A stretch of DNA of 63,279 nucleotides, counting the filler. It is 9 parts of 9 records of this genome, joined end to end, with 100 filler letters (N's around TTAATTAATTAA, not from the genome) between each part and the next. Parts side by side here need not be neighbours in the genome. Positions count along the whole stretch, not along the records: positions 38,235 to 43,885 come from SRR20825010_2911; positions 43,986 to 49,589 come from SRR20825010_2912; positions 49,690 to 56,103 come from SRR20825010_2914; 6 more parts are not named here. One strand, 5' to 3'. Positions 42,837-52,866 of the stretch are shown piece after piece. Numbering within the stretch: position 1 is the first letter of the stretch; each line of letters starts with the position of its first letter. Position numbers and translations under genes: made by a program. Under the pieces are notes generated by a model that was not told the DNA's origin, did no database searches, and was given only the letters and a program-made list of their open reading frames with translations.

Positions 42837-43532
42837 TTAATAGCCTCTGGACCCGAAAACTGCTGTCCCAACCCGCACATGCGTGGCCCCAAGTCGGATT
42901 GCAGACGCGTAGTCACCGCTCATTCCCATACTTCTGATTTCCAAACCATGACGATCTGCGATCTTACCTAGCAGGGTGAAATGCGGTGCCGGTTCCTCAT
43001 CAACAGGGGGAATACACATGAGCCCCTTGATCGGAAGCTTCAGCTCCTCACGGCACATGACAATGAATGCGTCAGCTTCTTTTGGGGAAATACCCGCCTT
43101 TTGGTCTTCTTCGCCGGTATTGATTTGAATAAGCAAGTCCGGGCACAGCCCCGTATTATCACGATGCTTGGCAAGTGCGTTGGCCAGTTTGGGGCGATCA
43201 ACAGTTTCAATCACATCAAACAGATGAACGGCATCCTTGATCTTGTTGGTCTGAAGCGGGCCAATCAGATGAAGTTCGATATCTGGATATTCTTCACGCA
43301 AGCCCGGCCATTTTCCGGAAGCTTCCTGAACACGGTTTTCGCCAAACACCCGCCGCCCATCAAGCAAAGCCTTGCGAACATGATCTGCTTCGTGGTTTTT
43401 GCTTACGCAGACAAGCGTAACTTCATTTTTGTCACGGTTAACAGCCGCACAGGCCGCGTTGATATTGTCCTGAATTTCGGCAAGATTTTGCGCAACATCG
43501 CTCTTGGCTGATGACAGATCATGATTGCTCAT
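42837..43532 (-). CDS. yggS: PLP homeostasis protein YggS
   Basis: VSK, FGENRVQE, HLIGPLQTNK, SMGMSGD, VRVGTAVFG. Confidence 0.95.
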   Translation of the reverse strand: MSNHDLSSAKSDVAQNLAEIQDNINAACAAVNRDKNEVTLVCVSKNHEADHVRKALLDGRRVFGENRVQEASGKWPGLREEYPDIELHLIGPLQTNKIKDAVHLFDVIETVDRPKLANALAKHRDNTGLCPDLLIQINTGEEDQKAGISPKEADAFIVMCREELKLPIKGLMCIPPVDEEPAPHFTLLGKIADRHGLEIRSMGMSGDYASAIRLGATHVRVGTAVFGSRGY

Positions 43533-43613
43533 GGATGATTGGCCCTTAAATCGGTGACGGTAATATGCACAGCTTAGCTCACTTCAGATCCGTGCAGAAT
43601 CGGGATACTATCA

Positions 43614-43885
43614 ATGGATGACACCCTGTTAAAGCAGGCACGCCAACTCAATCTTCGCAATGGCGGCCCGAATTGCCCTATCCCCCCGATTATTCTTCTG
43701 ACTGATGATCAGCGTTTGCCTGATCCAGCACCGGCAATCAGGTCTTTACCACGCGATAGTATGGTCATTTTCCGCCAGTATGATCACCCTCAGCGTGCCA
43801 GGCTTGGTGCAGATTTGCGCAGCCTGTGCCGGGCAAAAGGCATCCCGTTTTTGGTGGCAAATGATATTGCGCTGGCATTAAAACT
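43614..43885 (+). CDS. Thiamine-phosphate synthase-like protein, N-terminal part
   Basis: LLTDDQRLPDP...VIFRQYD...FLVAND. Confidence 0.65.
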
Positions 43886-43985
43886 NNNNNNNNNNNNNNN
43901 NNNNNNNNNNNNNNNNNNNNNNNNNNNNNTTAATTAATTAANNNNNNNNNNNNNNNNNNNNNNNNNNNNNNNNNNNNNNNNNNNN
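43886..43985. other. Artificial contig linker
   Basis: N44-TTAATTAATTAA-N44. Confidence 0.99.
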
Positions 43986-44679
43986 AGGGGCGACGCTCCA
44001 TCATATCGAATTCGGTGTCGGAGATCAGGTTGCGCGTCGACGGCATCAGTGGGCAATGCAAAGTGATGATGTCACTGCACCGCATGACTTCCTCGAACGG
44101 CGTATAGAGGGGGCCCATCCCCTCCACCCCTTTGTAGCCGGAAAACAGGACTCGCATACCAAAGGCTTCGGCGATTTTACCAACCGCCTTGCCCAAGGCG
44201 CCGTCCCCGACGATGCCCAAAACCTTTCCAGACAAATCAGCAATTGGATAATCGAAGTAGCAGAACTGGTTCGCCTCTTCCCAGCGTCCGTCGATAACCG
44301 ACTGGCGATAGGGCACGATACTGCGTTGCAGGGCCAGAAGCAGTGCAAAGGTATGTTCGGGCACGGTGTTCCCGGCATATCCTTGGATGTTGCTGACGGT
44401 GACACCCTGCGCCCGGCAGGCTGCCAGATCGATGCGATCGTAGCCGGTGGCGGCGACGGCGATCAGCTTTAGCTTTGGCGCGGCGGCCAGCGCCTCCGCG
44501 TTGATTGGCACCTTGTTGGTAATCACCACATCTGCGTCAGCGATCCGTGCGGCGACCTGATCGGGATCCGTTTGCTGATGCTCTACGATCTGTGCGGCAA
44601 AGACTGGCTGTCTCAACTTTGTCTCGGGCGACAGGGTCGCCCGATCTAGGAACACGATGCGGACAGGTGCTTGCGTCAT
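43986..44679 (-). CDS. D-2-hydroxyacid dehydrogenase (glycerate dehydrogenase/HprA-like), 3' truncated
   Basis: IVFLDRATL, ITNKVP, ATGYD, GDGALG, LHCPL. Confidence 0.88.
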
Positions 44680-45746
44680 TGAACAACCTCTTTGATCAGA
44701 CCGGAGAGCGGCGCGCAGCCGAGCCCGGTGGCAATAGCGTCTAGATCGGCGATCACGTTGCCGGGCAGCTCAATGCCTGCCTGACGTGTTCGGTCTTCGC
44801 GACCTTTTTCCAACTCACCCGGCATGAGGATGGCGTCGAAGCCATCTGCGAGGGCGCAGTCCTTCAGGGCCGTCACCAGTTCACGCACCCTGTCGCCATG
44901 TGTATCTGCCACATGGGTCCGCGACACATCGATGAGCAACATGAAATGTCCAACGTCCTGCGGCGTTACGAAGTCGCTATATAGATTGCCCAGCGAGCCT
45001 GCAAACCGTCCGCCGGACAGAACCCCGCACAGCACCTCGACCATGATAGCCAGCGCCGACCCCTTTGGGCCGGACAGCGGCAGCACGACGCCTTGTTCTG
45101 CTGCTACGCCGCTCGTGGTGGGTTTGCCGTCAGCGTCCAACGCCCATCCTTCGGGGATCGCCTCTCCGCGTTTGGCCGCTTCGACGATCTTGCCGCGCGC
45201 GACGACCGAGGTCGCCATGTCCAAAAGGACCGGGGTATCCCCGGTGATTGGCGTGCCAAAGGTGATCGGGTTTGTGCCAAGCACCGCTTGCCGACCGCCG
45301 AACACCGTCATCGAAGGCGGCGCATTGGTCATCGCGATGGCGATACAGCCCGCCGCAACGGCCTTTTCAACGTAAAACGACCCCGCACCGTTATGGTTCG
45401 AATGGCCGACGGTCGCGACGCAAACGCCGTTTTCCCGCGCAACATCCAGCGCGGCCTCCAGAGCACGGAGGCTGACCACAGGCCCCGGCCCGTTGTCGCC
45501 ATCGACGACCAGAACGCCGGGCGATGGCCGGTCGAACTTGATGTCCGGGCGCGCCTTCACGGCACCGGCCTTGATCCGTTCGGCGTAGATCGGGATGCGT
45601 GTCAGGCCATGAGAGCCGTGTCCGCGCAAGTCCGCATGGATTAGGACGTCCGTCACGGTCTCTGCGTCCTGTACGGTCAGCCCTGCGGCTTGGAAAACGG
45701 CGTTGGAGAATTCCCGGATCGTTTCCAGATCGAGCGTTTCCGTCAT
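44676..45746 (-). CDS. Ldh_2 (malate/L-lactate/ureidoglycolate dehydrogenase) family oxidoreductase
   Basis: ADLRGHGSHG, SNHNG, GTNPI, LDMATS, GPKGSAL. Confidence 0.88.
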   Translation of the reverse strand: MTETLDLETIREFSNAVFQAAGLTVQDAETVTDVLIHADLRGHGSHGLTRIPIYAERIKAGAVKARPDIKFDRPSPGVLVVDGDNGPGPVVSLRALEAALDVARENGVCVATVGHSNHNGAGSFYVEKAVAAGCIAIAMTNAPPSMTVFGGRQAVLGTNPITFGTPITGDTPVLLDMATSVVARGKIVEAAKRGEAIPEGWALDADGKPTTSGVAAEQGVVLPLSGPKGSALAIMVEVLCGVLSGGRFAGSLGNLYSDFVTPQDVGHFMLLIDVSRTHVADTHGDRVRELVTALKDCALADGFDAILMPGELEKGREDRTRQAGIELPGNVIADLDAIATGLGCAPLSGLIKEVVQ

Positions 45747-46630
45747 TGGTTGGTGTCCTCGTTGCGGCCGTTCAGGCGATCATAAAGCAGGCCAAGCGCG
45801 GCACTGTCGCGTTTTGCAAACCCGGAGTTGCAGGTCGCGATCATCAGTTGATGTGCGAGATCCGTGGCGGGTTGGCTGATATTGAAATGGGCGCCCACGG
45901 CATTGGCGATGCCAAGATCTTTGCGCATGAGTTCGGAGCGAAAACCGCCATCAAGCTGGCCTTCGATATAGCGCAGTGCGTGCGCCTCCAGAACTCCGCT
46001 GCGGGCCGCGCCCGTGGACAGGACTTCGCGCATCACTTTGGGGTCGACTCCGGCGGCGCGGGCCAGCGCCACGGCCTCAAAGGCCCCCATCATGTTCACC
46101 GCGACCATCAGTTGGTTGCAGGCCTTTAGCGCCTGCCCTGCCCCAAGCGGCCCGACATGGTGGATGTTCTTGCCCATGGCCTGCAACACTGGGTCGGCGT
46201 CGGCCACGTCGTCCTCTGCCCCCCCGCACATGATGGTCAGGGTGCCGCTGTCCGCGCCTTTCGCCCCACCGCTGACCGGCGCATCGACAAAACGCCCGCC
46301 GACAGTGGCCAGCCTTTGGGCCATGTCCTGCGCTTCAAAGGGGGCAATCGTCGAACAATCGATCAGCAGCCCGCCTTCCCACGACTGCGCTGCTAAACCG
46401 GTCTCTCCCTCGATCACATTGCCAAGCGCATTGGCGTCGGGGACGCATGTGACGATAACGCGGCACCGCGCGGCCAGGTCTGCGGGACTCGAACAGATCT
46501 CTGCGCCCAAAGCCCGGAATGTCTCTGCCTTCTCGGGCGACGACGTGGTGACCGCCAGTTTCAGACCGGATGCGGCGATGTTGCGCGCCATTCCGGCCCC
46601 CATCACGCCCAGACCAATAAATCCTATCAT
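45743..46630 (-). CDS. Beta-hydroxyacid dehydrogenase (3-hydroxyisobutyrate DH / tartronate semialdehyde reductase family)
   Basis: IGFIGLGVMG, DAPVSGG, KACNQ, KDL; start is ATG 46630 or TTG 46639. Confidence 0.88.
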   Translation of the reverse strand: MIGFIGLGVMGAGMARNIAASGLKLAVTTSSPEKAETFRALGAEICSSPADLAARCRVIVTCVPDANALGNVIEGETGLAAQSWEGGLLIDCSTIAPFEAQDMAQRLATVGGRFVDAPVSGGAKGADSGTLTIMCGGAEDDVADADPVLQAMGKNIHHVGPLGAGQALKACNQLMVAVNMMGAFEAVALARAAGVDPKVMREVLSTGAARSGVLEAHALRYIEGQLDGGFRSELMRKDLGIANAVGAHFNISQPATDLAHQLMIATCNSGFAKRDSAALGLLYDRLNGRNEDTNQ

Positions 46631-46635
46631 GTTAC

Positions 46636-48153
46636 TCAAACCCCCATTCTTTCCATTTGTGCTTTTTTCGACCGCAGCTTTTTCTGCCGCCATATCGTCA
46701 AACCGACGAGTCCGATGACGATCGCCACCAAGGTCAGTGTGACCGGATTGGTCATGAACGGTTCGAACGAGCCGCGGCTGCGCGTAAGCGCCTGTCGCAA
46801 CGCCTCTTCGAAAGAAGGCGTAATGATGAAGGAAATCAGCAAAGGTGCGACTGGTACGTTCGTGCGGTTGAAGATGAACCCCAAGATGCCCGCGCCCAGC
46901 ATGACGTAAACGTCCAGGATATTGTTCCGGGCCACATAGCTGCCCGCCACGCAAACCAACGCCACACAGGGCATAAGGTAGATTTTGGGGATCCGCAGGG
47001 TCAGGGACAGCATACGCATGGCTGGATAGCCGATCAAACCCATCAACAGCGTCGATCCAAGCAGGGCAAAGTAGATCGTGTAGACGATCTCAGGCGAGTT
47101 GACGAAGATCAATGGTCCGGGGCTGACCCCTTGCAGGACAAGTGCACCCAACAGGATGGCTGTGACGGCGTCACCCGGAATGCCAAGCGCCAAGGTCGGG
47201 ATAAACGTCGCTCCGACGACTGCGTTGTTAGCGCTTTCGGATGCAACGACCCCCCGTGGATCACCCTTGCCAAAGTTCCCCTTGCTGCCTGCGGCCCGCT
47301 TGGCGTCGGCATAGGCCAGAAACGAAGCGATGGTAGCACCGATGCCGGGCAGGATACCGATCGCCGATCCGATGGCAGATGCCCGTGTCATTGGCAGGAT
47401 ATTACGGAAAACCTCACCGAACGAGATCCGGTTGGCGGCGCGATCTTCGCCAGACAAATCCACCTTGCGTACGGATTGAGAGAAGCGCCGGGTGGCCTCT
47501 TCAATGATTTCGGCGACGGCGAAAAGCCCAACAAGAAGCGGCACATAGGTCAGTCCGTCCATCAGCGCGGTCGAGCCGAAGGTAAAGCGGGGAATGCCCA
47601 GCATAGGATCGCTGCCAACTGTTGCCAGCACCATCCCCAACGCCGCCGAGAACAATCCTTTGACCAACGAATTTCCCGACAAGATTCCGATCACGAGAAA
47701 GGTGAAGAACAGCAAAGAGGCGATCTCGACCGGGCCGAACCCGAGCGCAAAACTGGCAAGTTGCGGCGCAAGCAAGATCAAAAGGACGATCGAGAACACA
47801 GCCCCGAAAACAGAACTGATCAGCGACAGGCGCAGAGCCTTGGTCGCCAGCCCCTGCTGTGCCATCGGGTAGCCGTCAAATATTGTGGCGGCAGAGGCCG
47901 GTGTGCCCGGGGCGTTCAAGAGGATCGCAGACACCGATCCTCCGAAGATACCTGCGCCATACAGGCCGATCAGCATCACCATCGCCTGATCGGTTGGCAT
48001 GAAGATGGTCAAGGGCACCGCCAGGGCGACCGCGATATTGACCGACAGACCCGGGATAGCCCCGATAATTAGTCCGATGACCACTGACAGCAACAGAGTC
48101 AGAAAGGTCACAGGCTCAGCGAGCCCATAGAGAGCTTGGAAAAGCGGATCCAT
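46636..48153 (-). CDS. tctA: Tripartite tricarboxylate transporter large subunit
   Basis: IGAIPGLS, PGTPASAAT...DGYPMAQQG, ESANNA, LGIPG. Confidence 0.93.
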   Translation of the reverse strand: MDPLFQALYGLAEPVTFLTLLLSVVIGLIIGAIPGLSVNIAVALAVPLTIFMPTDQAMVMLIGLYGAGIFGGSVSAILLNAPGTPASAATIFDGYPMAQQGLATKALRLSLISSVFGAVFSIVLLILLAPQLASFALGFGPVEIASLLFFTFLVIGILSGNSLVKGLFSAALGMVLATVGSDPMLGIPRFTFGSTALMDGLTYVPLLVGLFAVAEIIEEATRRFSQSVRKVDLSGEDRAANRISFGEVFRNILPMTRASAIGSAIGILPGIGATIASFLAYADAKRAAGSKGNFGKGDPRGVVASESANNAVVGATFIPTLALGIPGDAVTAILLGALVLQGVSPGPLIFVNSPEIVYTIYFALLGSTLLMGLIGYPAMRMLSLTLRIPKIYLMPCVALVCVAGSYVARNNILDVYVMLGAGILGFIFNRTNVPVAPLLISFIITPSFEEALRQALTRSRGSFEPFMTNPVTLTLVAIVIGLVGLTIWRQKKLRSKKAQMERMGV

Positions 48154-48171
48154 GTCCAGCCTCCGGAAGAG

Positions 48172-48630
48172 TCAGAAGAATGAGGCGCCAGGGAGCGGAA
48201 CCAGGAAAACTTTGCGCAGCAGGGCATCGACGAGGATCGGAATGCCGAGCGTCAGAGTGATGGCCACGATCCAGTTTTCGGCGCGATACATCAGGAAAAC
48301 AGCGGCCAGAAACAGGATGGAGGCCGGCAGGAACCCGATCAGTGAAAGGCCTAGTGCGTAGGCGCCGAACAGGCCGATCTGAAGAAGCCCCAGACCAATC
48401 CCGGCGCTGAACGTGCCGGCCTCTTCCGGGGCGGGGCGATCCGTAAACAGCATCACCACCCCGAACAACAGAACCATGGCCCCGGCGAAGGTCGGTAGGG
48501 CCGATGGCCTTACCGAATAAAAACCGCCACCCATACTGGCCTGCTGCTGGTTCAGCTCTGGCACCATCACGGTAAGAAAGACGATGGACGCAGCCACAAA
48601 AACCAGTGCGAGCATTCGGTTCGCGGTCAT
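48172..48630 (-). CDS. tctB: Tripartite tricarboxylate transporter small subunit
   Basis: Likely ATG 48630; hydrophobic helices, IGF, VPLP at the C-terminus; between tctC and tctA. Confidence 0.82.
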   Translation of the reverse strand: MTANRMLALVFVAASIVFLTVMVPELNQQQASMGGGFYSVRPSALPTFAGAMVLLFGVVMLFTDRPAPEEAGTFSAGIGLGLLQIGLFGAYALGLSLIGFLPASILFLAAVFLMYRAENWIVAITLTLGIPILVDALLRKVFLVPLPGASFF

Positions 48631-48634
48631 GCGC

Positions 48635-49588
48635 TTACTCAGTCGCCGGTGTGTTGGAGGCCAGCGCATCGGCCACCGCGTCTGACATGGATCGCATCGC
48701 CTGTTCAAAATCTGCGCCGGTCAGGAAACTAGGCGTGATGTTGCTGCGCTTAGCCACCGTCGTAAACGCATCCGATTTCATCGCCTCGGCGAACCGCTCT
48801 TGCAGATAGGCAACCGCCTCGTCCGGCGTGCCTGCGGGTGCGACAAGACCCTTCATGTTCTCTAGATTGACGTCGTAACCAAGCTCGCTCAACGAGGACA
48901 CATCGGGGATCTGGTCTGCGCGATCAGATGTCGTGGCAAGCACATGGATCGTGCCGGCCTCCTGTTGCGCGCGTGCATCGCCGGGCGTGATGATCGTCAG
49001 ATCCACATGCCCACCCAACAGGGCGGCAAGCGCCGGCGATCCGCCTTGGTAGGGAACGTGAACCATGTCGATCCCCGCCTCTTTGCCAAACACAAGGAAT
49101 GCAGAGTGCAGAATGCCCGCAGGACCAGACGATCCATAGGCCAGGGCGCCGGGCTCTTGTTTGGCGCGTTTAACAACCGCGTCGATGCTGTCCAGACCAC
49201 TGCCTGCCTTGCTCACGATAACCATGTGCTCGCGGTTGACACGGACAACGCCACGGAAATCATCGAGGCTGTATTGGGTTTTGCGGTGATGGGGCACCGA
49301 GGTGCTTTCGCTGCCGCCGGCAACCAACAAAGTATAGCCATCGGGCGCGGCCTTGGCGACCATTTCGGCTGCGAGAGTGCCCGAGGCTCCGGGGCGGTTC
49401 TCAACCACCAGCGGGACGGGGAACAGTTCTTGCGCCGCAGACGCGATCAGACGCGCGGTCTGGTCCGTTCCACCACCGGGCGCAAAGCCGACAACGATCC
49501 GGATCGGTTTTTCCGGCGTCCATTCCTGTGCGGCGACTGGCGCAGCGGCGGCCAGACCAACGGCAATGATAAGTCCTTTGAAGATATT
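48635..49588 (-). CDS. tctC: TctC/Bug-family substrate-binding protein (start lost at contig end)
   Basis: PEKPIRIVVGFAPGGGTD, VENRPGASG, PDGYTLL, HVPYQGG. Confidence 0.92.
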   Translation of the reverse strand, partial: NIFKGLIIAVGLAAAAPVAAQEWTPEKPIRIVVGFAPGGGTDQTARLIASAAQELFPVPLVVENRPGASGTLAAEMVAKAAPDGYTLLVAGGSESTSVPHHRKTQYSLDDFRGVVRVNREHMVIVSKAGSGLDSIDAVVKRAKQEPGALAYGSSGPAGILHSAFLVFGKEAGIDMVHVPYQGGSPALAALLGGHVDLTIITPGDARAQQEAGTIHVLATTSDRADQIPDVSSLSELGYDVNLENMKGLVAPAGTPDEAVAYLQERFAEAMKSDAFTTVAKRSNITPSFLTGADFEQAMRSMSDAVADALASNTPATE

Positions 49589-49589
49589 C

Positions 49590-49689
49590 NNNNNNNNNNN
49601 NNNNNNNNNNNNNNNNNNNNNNNNNNNNNNNNNTTAATTAATTAANNNNNNNNNNNNNNNNNNNNNNNNNNNNNNNNNNNNNNNNNNNN
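49590..49689. other. Artificial contig linker
   Basis: N44-TTAATTAATTAA-N44. Confidence 0.99.
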
Positions 49690-50016
49690 GTGGTAATACT
49701 CTTCCTTTACCTTAAAAAAACGTAGGATGAGGAGGATAACAAAGATGTTGTCTACAGATAATGCTTTTTCGGTCACATAGGCAGAAAGAAACTCCCATGT
49801 AGCTTGCGGCCCCTCACCCATAAAATAGATCAGAGCAGAATAGCCAAGTGACACACTTACCCAAAACAAAGATTGTCTTAGAGCATCCTTTTGGCTGATC
49901 TTTTGATCTTTTTTGTGAAAAACCCCAAGATCTACCAGCAAAAAAACCACAATGACTGCCGCAAATACTCCGAAGAGCAAGCCTTCATTGTGACCTGAAA
50001 AAAATGTGAGAAGCAT
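49690..50016 (-). CDS. TerC/Alx-family membrane protein, 3' truncated
   Basis: DLGVFHKK, EKALSVDNIFV. Confidence 0.9.
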
Positions 50017-50173
50017 TTGGCGGAATATTAACGTTGGGGTTAAGGCTTGTTTACACTAAAGTGGCAAAATAAGCAATTTTGGAGATTTGGTGTTAGTTAA
50101 AATAGTAAAACCGAACAATATTTTATCCTTCCTCACCCCTCTTTCGGTAAAAATTATGTTTATTTTAGTGAAT

Positions 50174-50413
50174 ATGCAGGTAATCCTCATAGATATCGCC
50201 TTAGGTATGATCCTTTACACCATCTTTCTTTTGGTTCTGATACTAAAAGATAAGAACCAAAAGAACATTAAAAATAAAAATGACGATGGCGATGATGATG
50301 GCGGTGGCCTTCCTGTTTCATTCCCTCCTGATTTCGACCTGCCTCCGGGTATTTGCCTCCCTGATGACCCCCGCGTGAAAAGAGTGAAGGAAACGGAAGA
50401 GGTTTTTGCGTGA
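50174..50413 (+). CDS. Small single-TM hypothetical protein
   Basis: TM helix followed by DDGDDDGGG and PPDFDLPPGICLP. Confidence 0.55.
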   Translation: MQVILIDIALGMILYTIFLLVLILKDKNQKNIKNKNDDGDDDGGGLPVSFPPDFDLPPGICLPDDPRVKRVKETEEVFA

Positions 50414-50554
50414 ACCAATTGAAAACCTAAAGAACACTCCGTTTTTCAGTGACCCAATAATCAAACAAAAATTTGTACAGGATTCAAGCTCGATTTTATT
50501 ATCCTTTTAAAGAAAGAATATTCGACAAAGTTTGATTGGATCCCCGGCTTTAAG

Positions 50555-52327
50555 TTACCCCTCTACCAACTGTAAATCAACGAAATTTTTGTACGCTCCT
50601 TCATTGCCAATGAGCTCGGCATGCGTACCCGATTCTTTCACCTTTCCATCTTCCAACACATAAATCGTATCCGAAGACTTAATCGTAGCAAGCCGGTGTG
50701 CAATAATAAGAGTCGTACGATCCTTCATAAGCTCTGTTAGTGCCTGCTGAACCAGATGTTCCGATTCTGAATCCAGGGAGCTTGTGGCTTCATCCAAAAT
50801 CAAAATGGACGGGTTTTTTAGAATAGCCCGGGCAATGGCTATTCTTTGCCGCTGACCACCAGAAAGTTTCACTCCGCGCTCACCGACAAGGGTATCAAAG
50901 CCGTCCGGGAAGCTCTCAACAAAATCCAACGCAAAGGCCTTTTTAGCGGCTACTTTAATCTCTTCCAATGTGGCTTCCGGTTTTCCGTATCGTATATTTT
51001 CTTCAATGGTGCCACCGAAAAGAATAACTTCCTGCGGAACCACACCCACACTGGAGCGCAAAGTCAACAGATCCAAATTATTGATGTTTTTGTTGCCAAT
51101 TGTTATATCTCCATTGCTCACTGAATAAAATTTCATCAGAAGCTGGGCAATGGTCGACTTACCTGCTCCACTGTGACCGACCAAAGCCACTTTCTTACCC
51201 TTCTTGATATCAAGGGTGACTCCTTTTAAAACAGGCATTTCCATGCGTGTCGGGTATTCGAAATGCACATCCTTAAAATGAATATCGCCTTCAAGCCTTT
51301 CTAAATTACCTTCTTTATTCAGGCCGGTTTCGGCTGTCTCATTTTGAATTTCTTCAATTCGCTCTGCAGCACCCACAGCTTTCTGTAGCTGACCAAACAA
51401 ATCGCCCAGTCCTGCTATGGAAGCTCCAATAAACGTGGTATAAAGAATAAAGGACAGCAAATCTCCTACTGTCATTTCTCCGGATTGGACCAGCAAGGAG
51501 CCGTACCACATGATACCTACGATTGTTCCGAAAATGGCAAAAATGATAAATGAAATGAAAGCTGCACGGTAGTTTGCCACTTTCAGAGCAGTTACCACCA
51601 CACCGCGCATCGATTTGCGATAGCGAGTTGTTTCAAAAACTTCTGAGGTAAAGGATTTGACCGAATGGATAGATTGGATCGTTTCTTCTACAATCACATT
51701 TGTTTCGGCCAGTTGTTCCTGGGTTTTTTTAGAAAGCTTTCGAATGAATTTTCCAAAAACAAAACCTATAATCACGATCACCGGAAAGGTTCCGATCATG
51801 AAGAGGCTCAAAGCAGGTGTCACAAAAAAGATGACGACCATACCCACAAGAAGAATAATTATCTGTCGAATGAGCTCTGCCAGCGTGGTAGACATTGCAC
51901 TTTGAAGCAGAGATACGTCATTCGAAATTCTACTGATCAAGTCCCCGGATCGGTTTTTATCAAAAAAACCCATAGGCAGCATGATCATCTTTTGGTAGAG
52001 ATCCGTACGGATATTAGCGATTGCATTTTCCGTGACCCGCGTAAAAAGAATCACTCGAAAAAAGGAAACGATGCTTTGAAAAAACAAGACACCAAATAAA
52101 ATCAGAGTAGCCTGACCAATGTTGTTGACCAGCCAGCTATCGTTACCGGAGGCAATGTCGATAAGTTTTCCCGAGATGTAAGGAAAAACCATGAAGATGC
52201 TGCTGGAAAGAAAAAGCAGAATCAGCCCTACAATGAAAGTCCACTTGTAAGGCAATACATAGGAAAAAATCCCAATCAGCTTTTTAAAGCCATCCTTATT
52301 CAGCCGCTTCTTTTCTTCTTTACTCAT
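50555..52327 (-). CDS. Fused permease/ATPase ABC exporter (MsbA/MdlB-like)
   Basis: TM domain plus GHSGAGKS, LSGGQRQR, LDEATS. Confidence 0.93.
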   Translation of the reverse strand: MSKEEKKRLNKDGFKKLIGIFSYVLPYKWTFIVGLILLFLSSSIFMVFPYISGKLIDIASGNDSWLVNNIGQATLILFGVLFFQSIVSFFRVILFTRVTENAIANIRTDLYQKMIMLPMGFFDKNRSGDLISRISNDVSLLQSAMSTTLAELIRQIIILLVGMVVIFFVTPALSLFMIGTFPVIVIIGFVFGKFIRKLSKKTQEQLAETNVIVEETIQSIHSVKSFTSEVFETTRYRKSMRGVVVTALKVANYRAAFISFIIFAIFGTIVGIMWYGSLLVQSGEMTVGDLLSFILYTTFIGASIAGLGDLFGQLQKAVGAAERIEEIQNETAETGLNKEGNLERLEGDIHFKDVHFEYPTRMEMPVLKGVTLDIKKGKKVALVGHSGAGKSTIAQLLMKFYSVSNGDITIGNKNINNLDLLTLRSSVGVVPQEVILFGGTIEENIRYGKPEATLEEIKVAAKKAFALDFVESFPDGFDTLVGERGVKLSGGQRQRIAIARAILKNPSILILDEATSSLDSESEHLVQQALTELMKDRTTLIIAHRLATIKSSDTIYVLEDGKVKESGTHAELIGNEGAYKNFVDLQLVEG

Positions 52328-52863
52328 TGTGCAAGTATCTGCGCACCGATCATATAATGAATGGTATCTTTCAAAACCATCTTTTGATACCCCGATACTT
52401 TATAACTTATCATCCGACCGTCTTGTAGCTCAATGCTCACTTCTTTGTGATCGATATAAATGGTTTTGTTGTCGTGCAATTCAGCAGAAATGAAACTGGT
52501 TACTCCTTCCCTTTTCACAGAAAAGTATTTCAAAGGAGTTTTTTGGTTCTCTTTCACGCGATAAACCTGTTCCTGATGGTTTTTCTCAATTTCAAAAGCA
52601 CCAACGTATTTAGGATTGTTTGGTGAAAAATCCATCAATATAGCAAATTGCTCTACCCAGCCCATTGAATCTGGCTCAAAGGTTTTGGTTTCGGATTCCC
52701 CGCCTATTGTTACTTGCTTCTGAATTCGGTATTTTCCGTTTTCCAATTGCTCAACCTGCTGTTCCAGCAATTGATCCAAATCATAATAATCCGTCAAATT
52801 CACCTGAGGCTGAACACAACCTAAGGAGAAGGAAAGAAGAACGGGTAAGGTCTGTTTCAGCAT
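52324..52863 (-). CDS. Hypothetical lipoprotein
   Basis: Lipobox SLGC; co-oriented between gpmI and the ABC gene. Confidence 0.65.
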   Translation of the reverse strand: MLKQTLPVLLSFSLGCVQPQVNLTDYYDLDQLLEQQVEQLENGKYRIQKQVTIGGESETKTFEPDSMGWVEQFAILMDFSPNNPKYVGAFEIEKNHQEQVYRVKENQKTPLKYFSVKREGVTSFISAELHDNKTIYIDHKEVSIELQDGRMISYKVSGYQKMVLKDTIHYMIGAQILAQ

Positions 52864-52866
52864 GAA

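Noticed and set aside
44676-45746. Ldh_2 gene as the missing pyrroline-2-carboxylate reductase of the hydroxyproline cluster
   Set aside because: It lies on a different contig piece, probably from a different organism
46657-48072. 471-aa plus-strand ORF
   Set aside because: Antisense shadow of tctA in GC-rich DNA; no recognisable motifs
50017-50090. yybP-ykoY Mn riboswitch upstream of terC
   Set aside because: No recognisable conserved riboswitch motifs, and the leader appears too short
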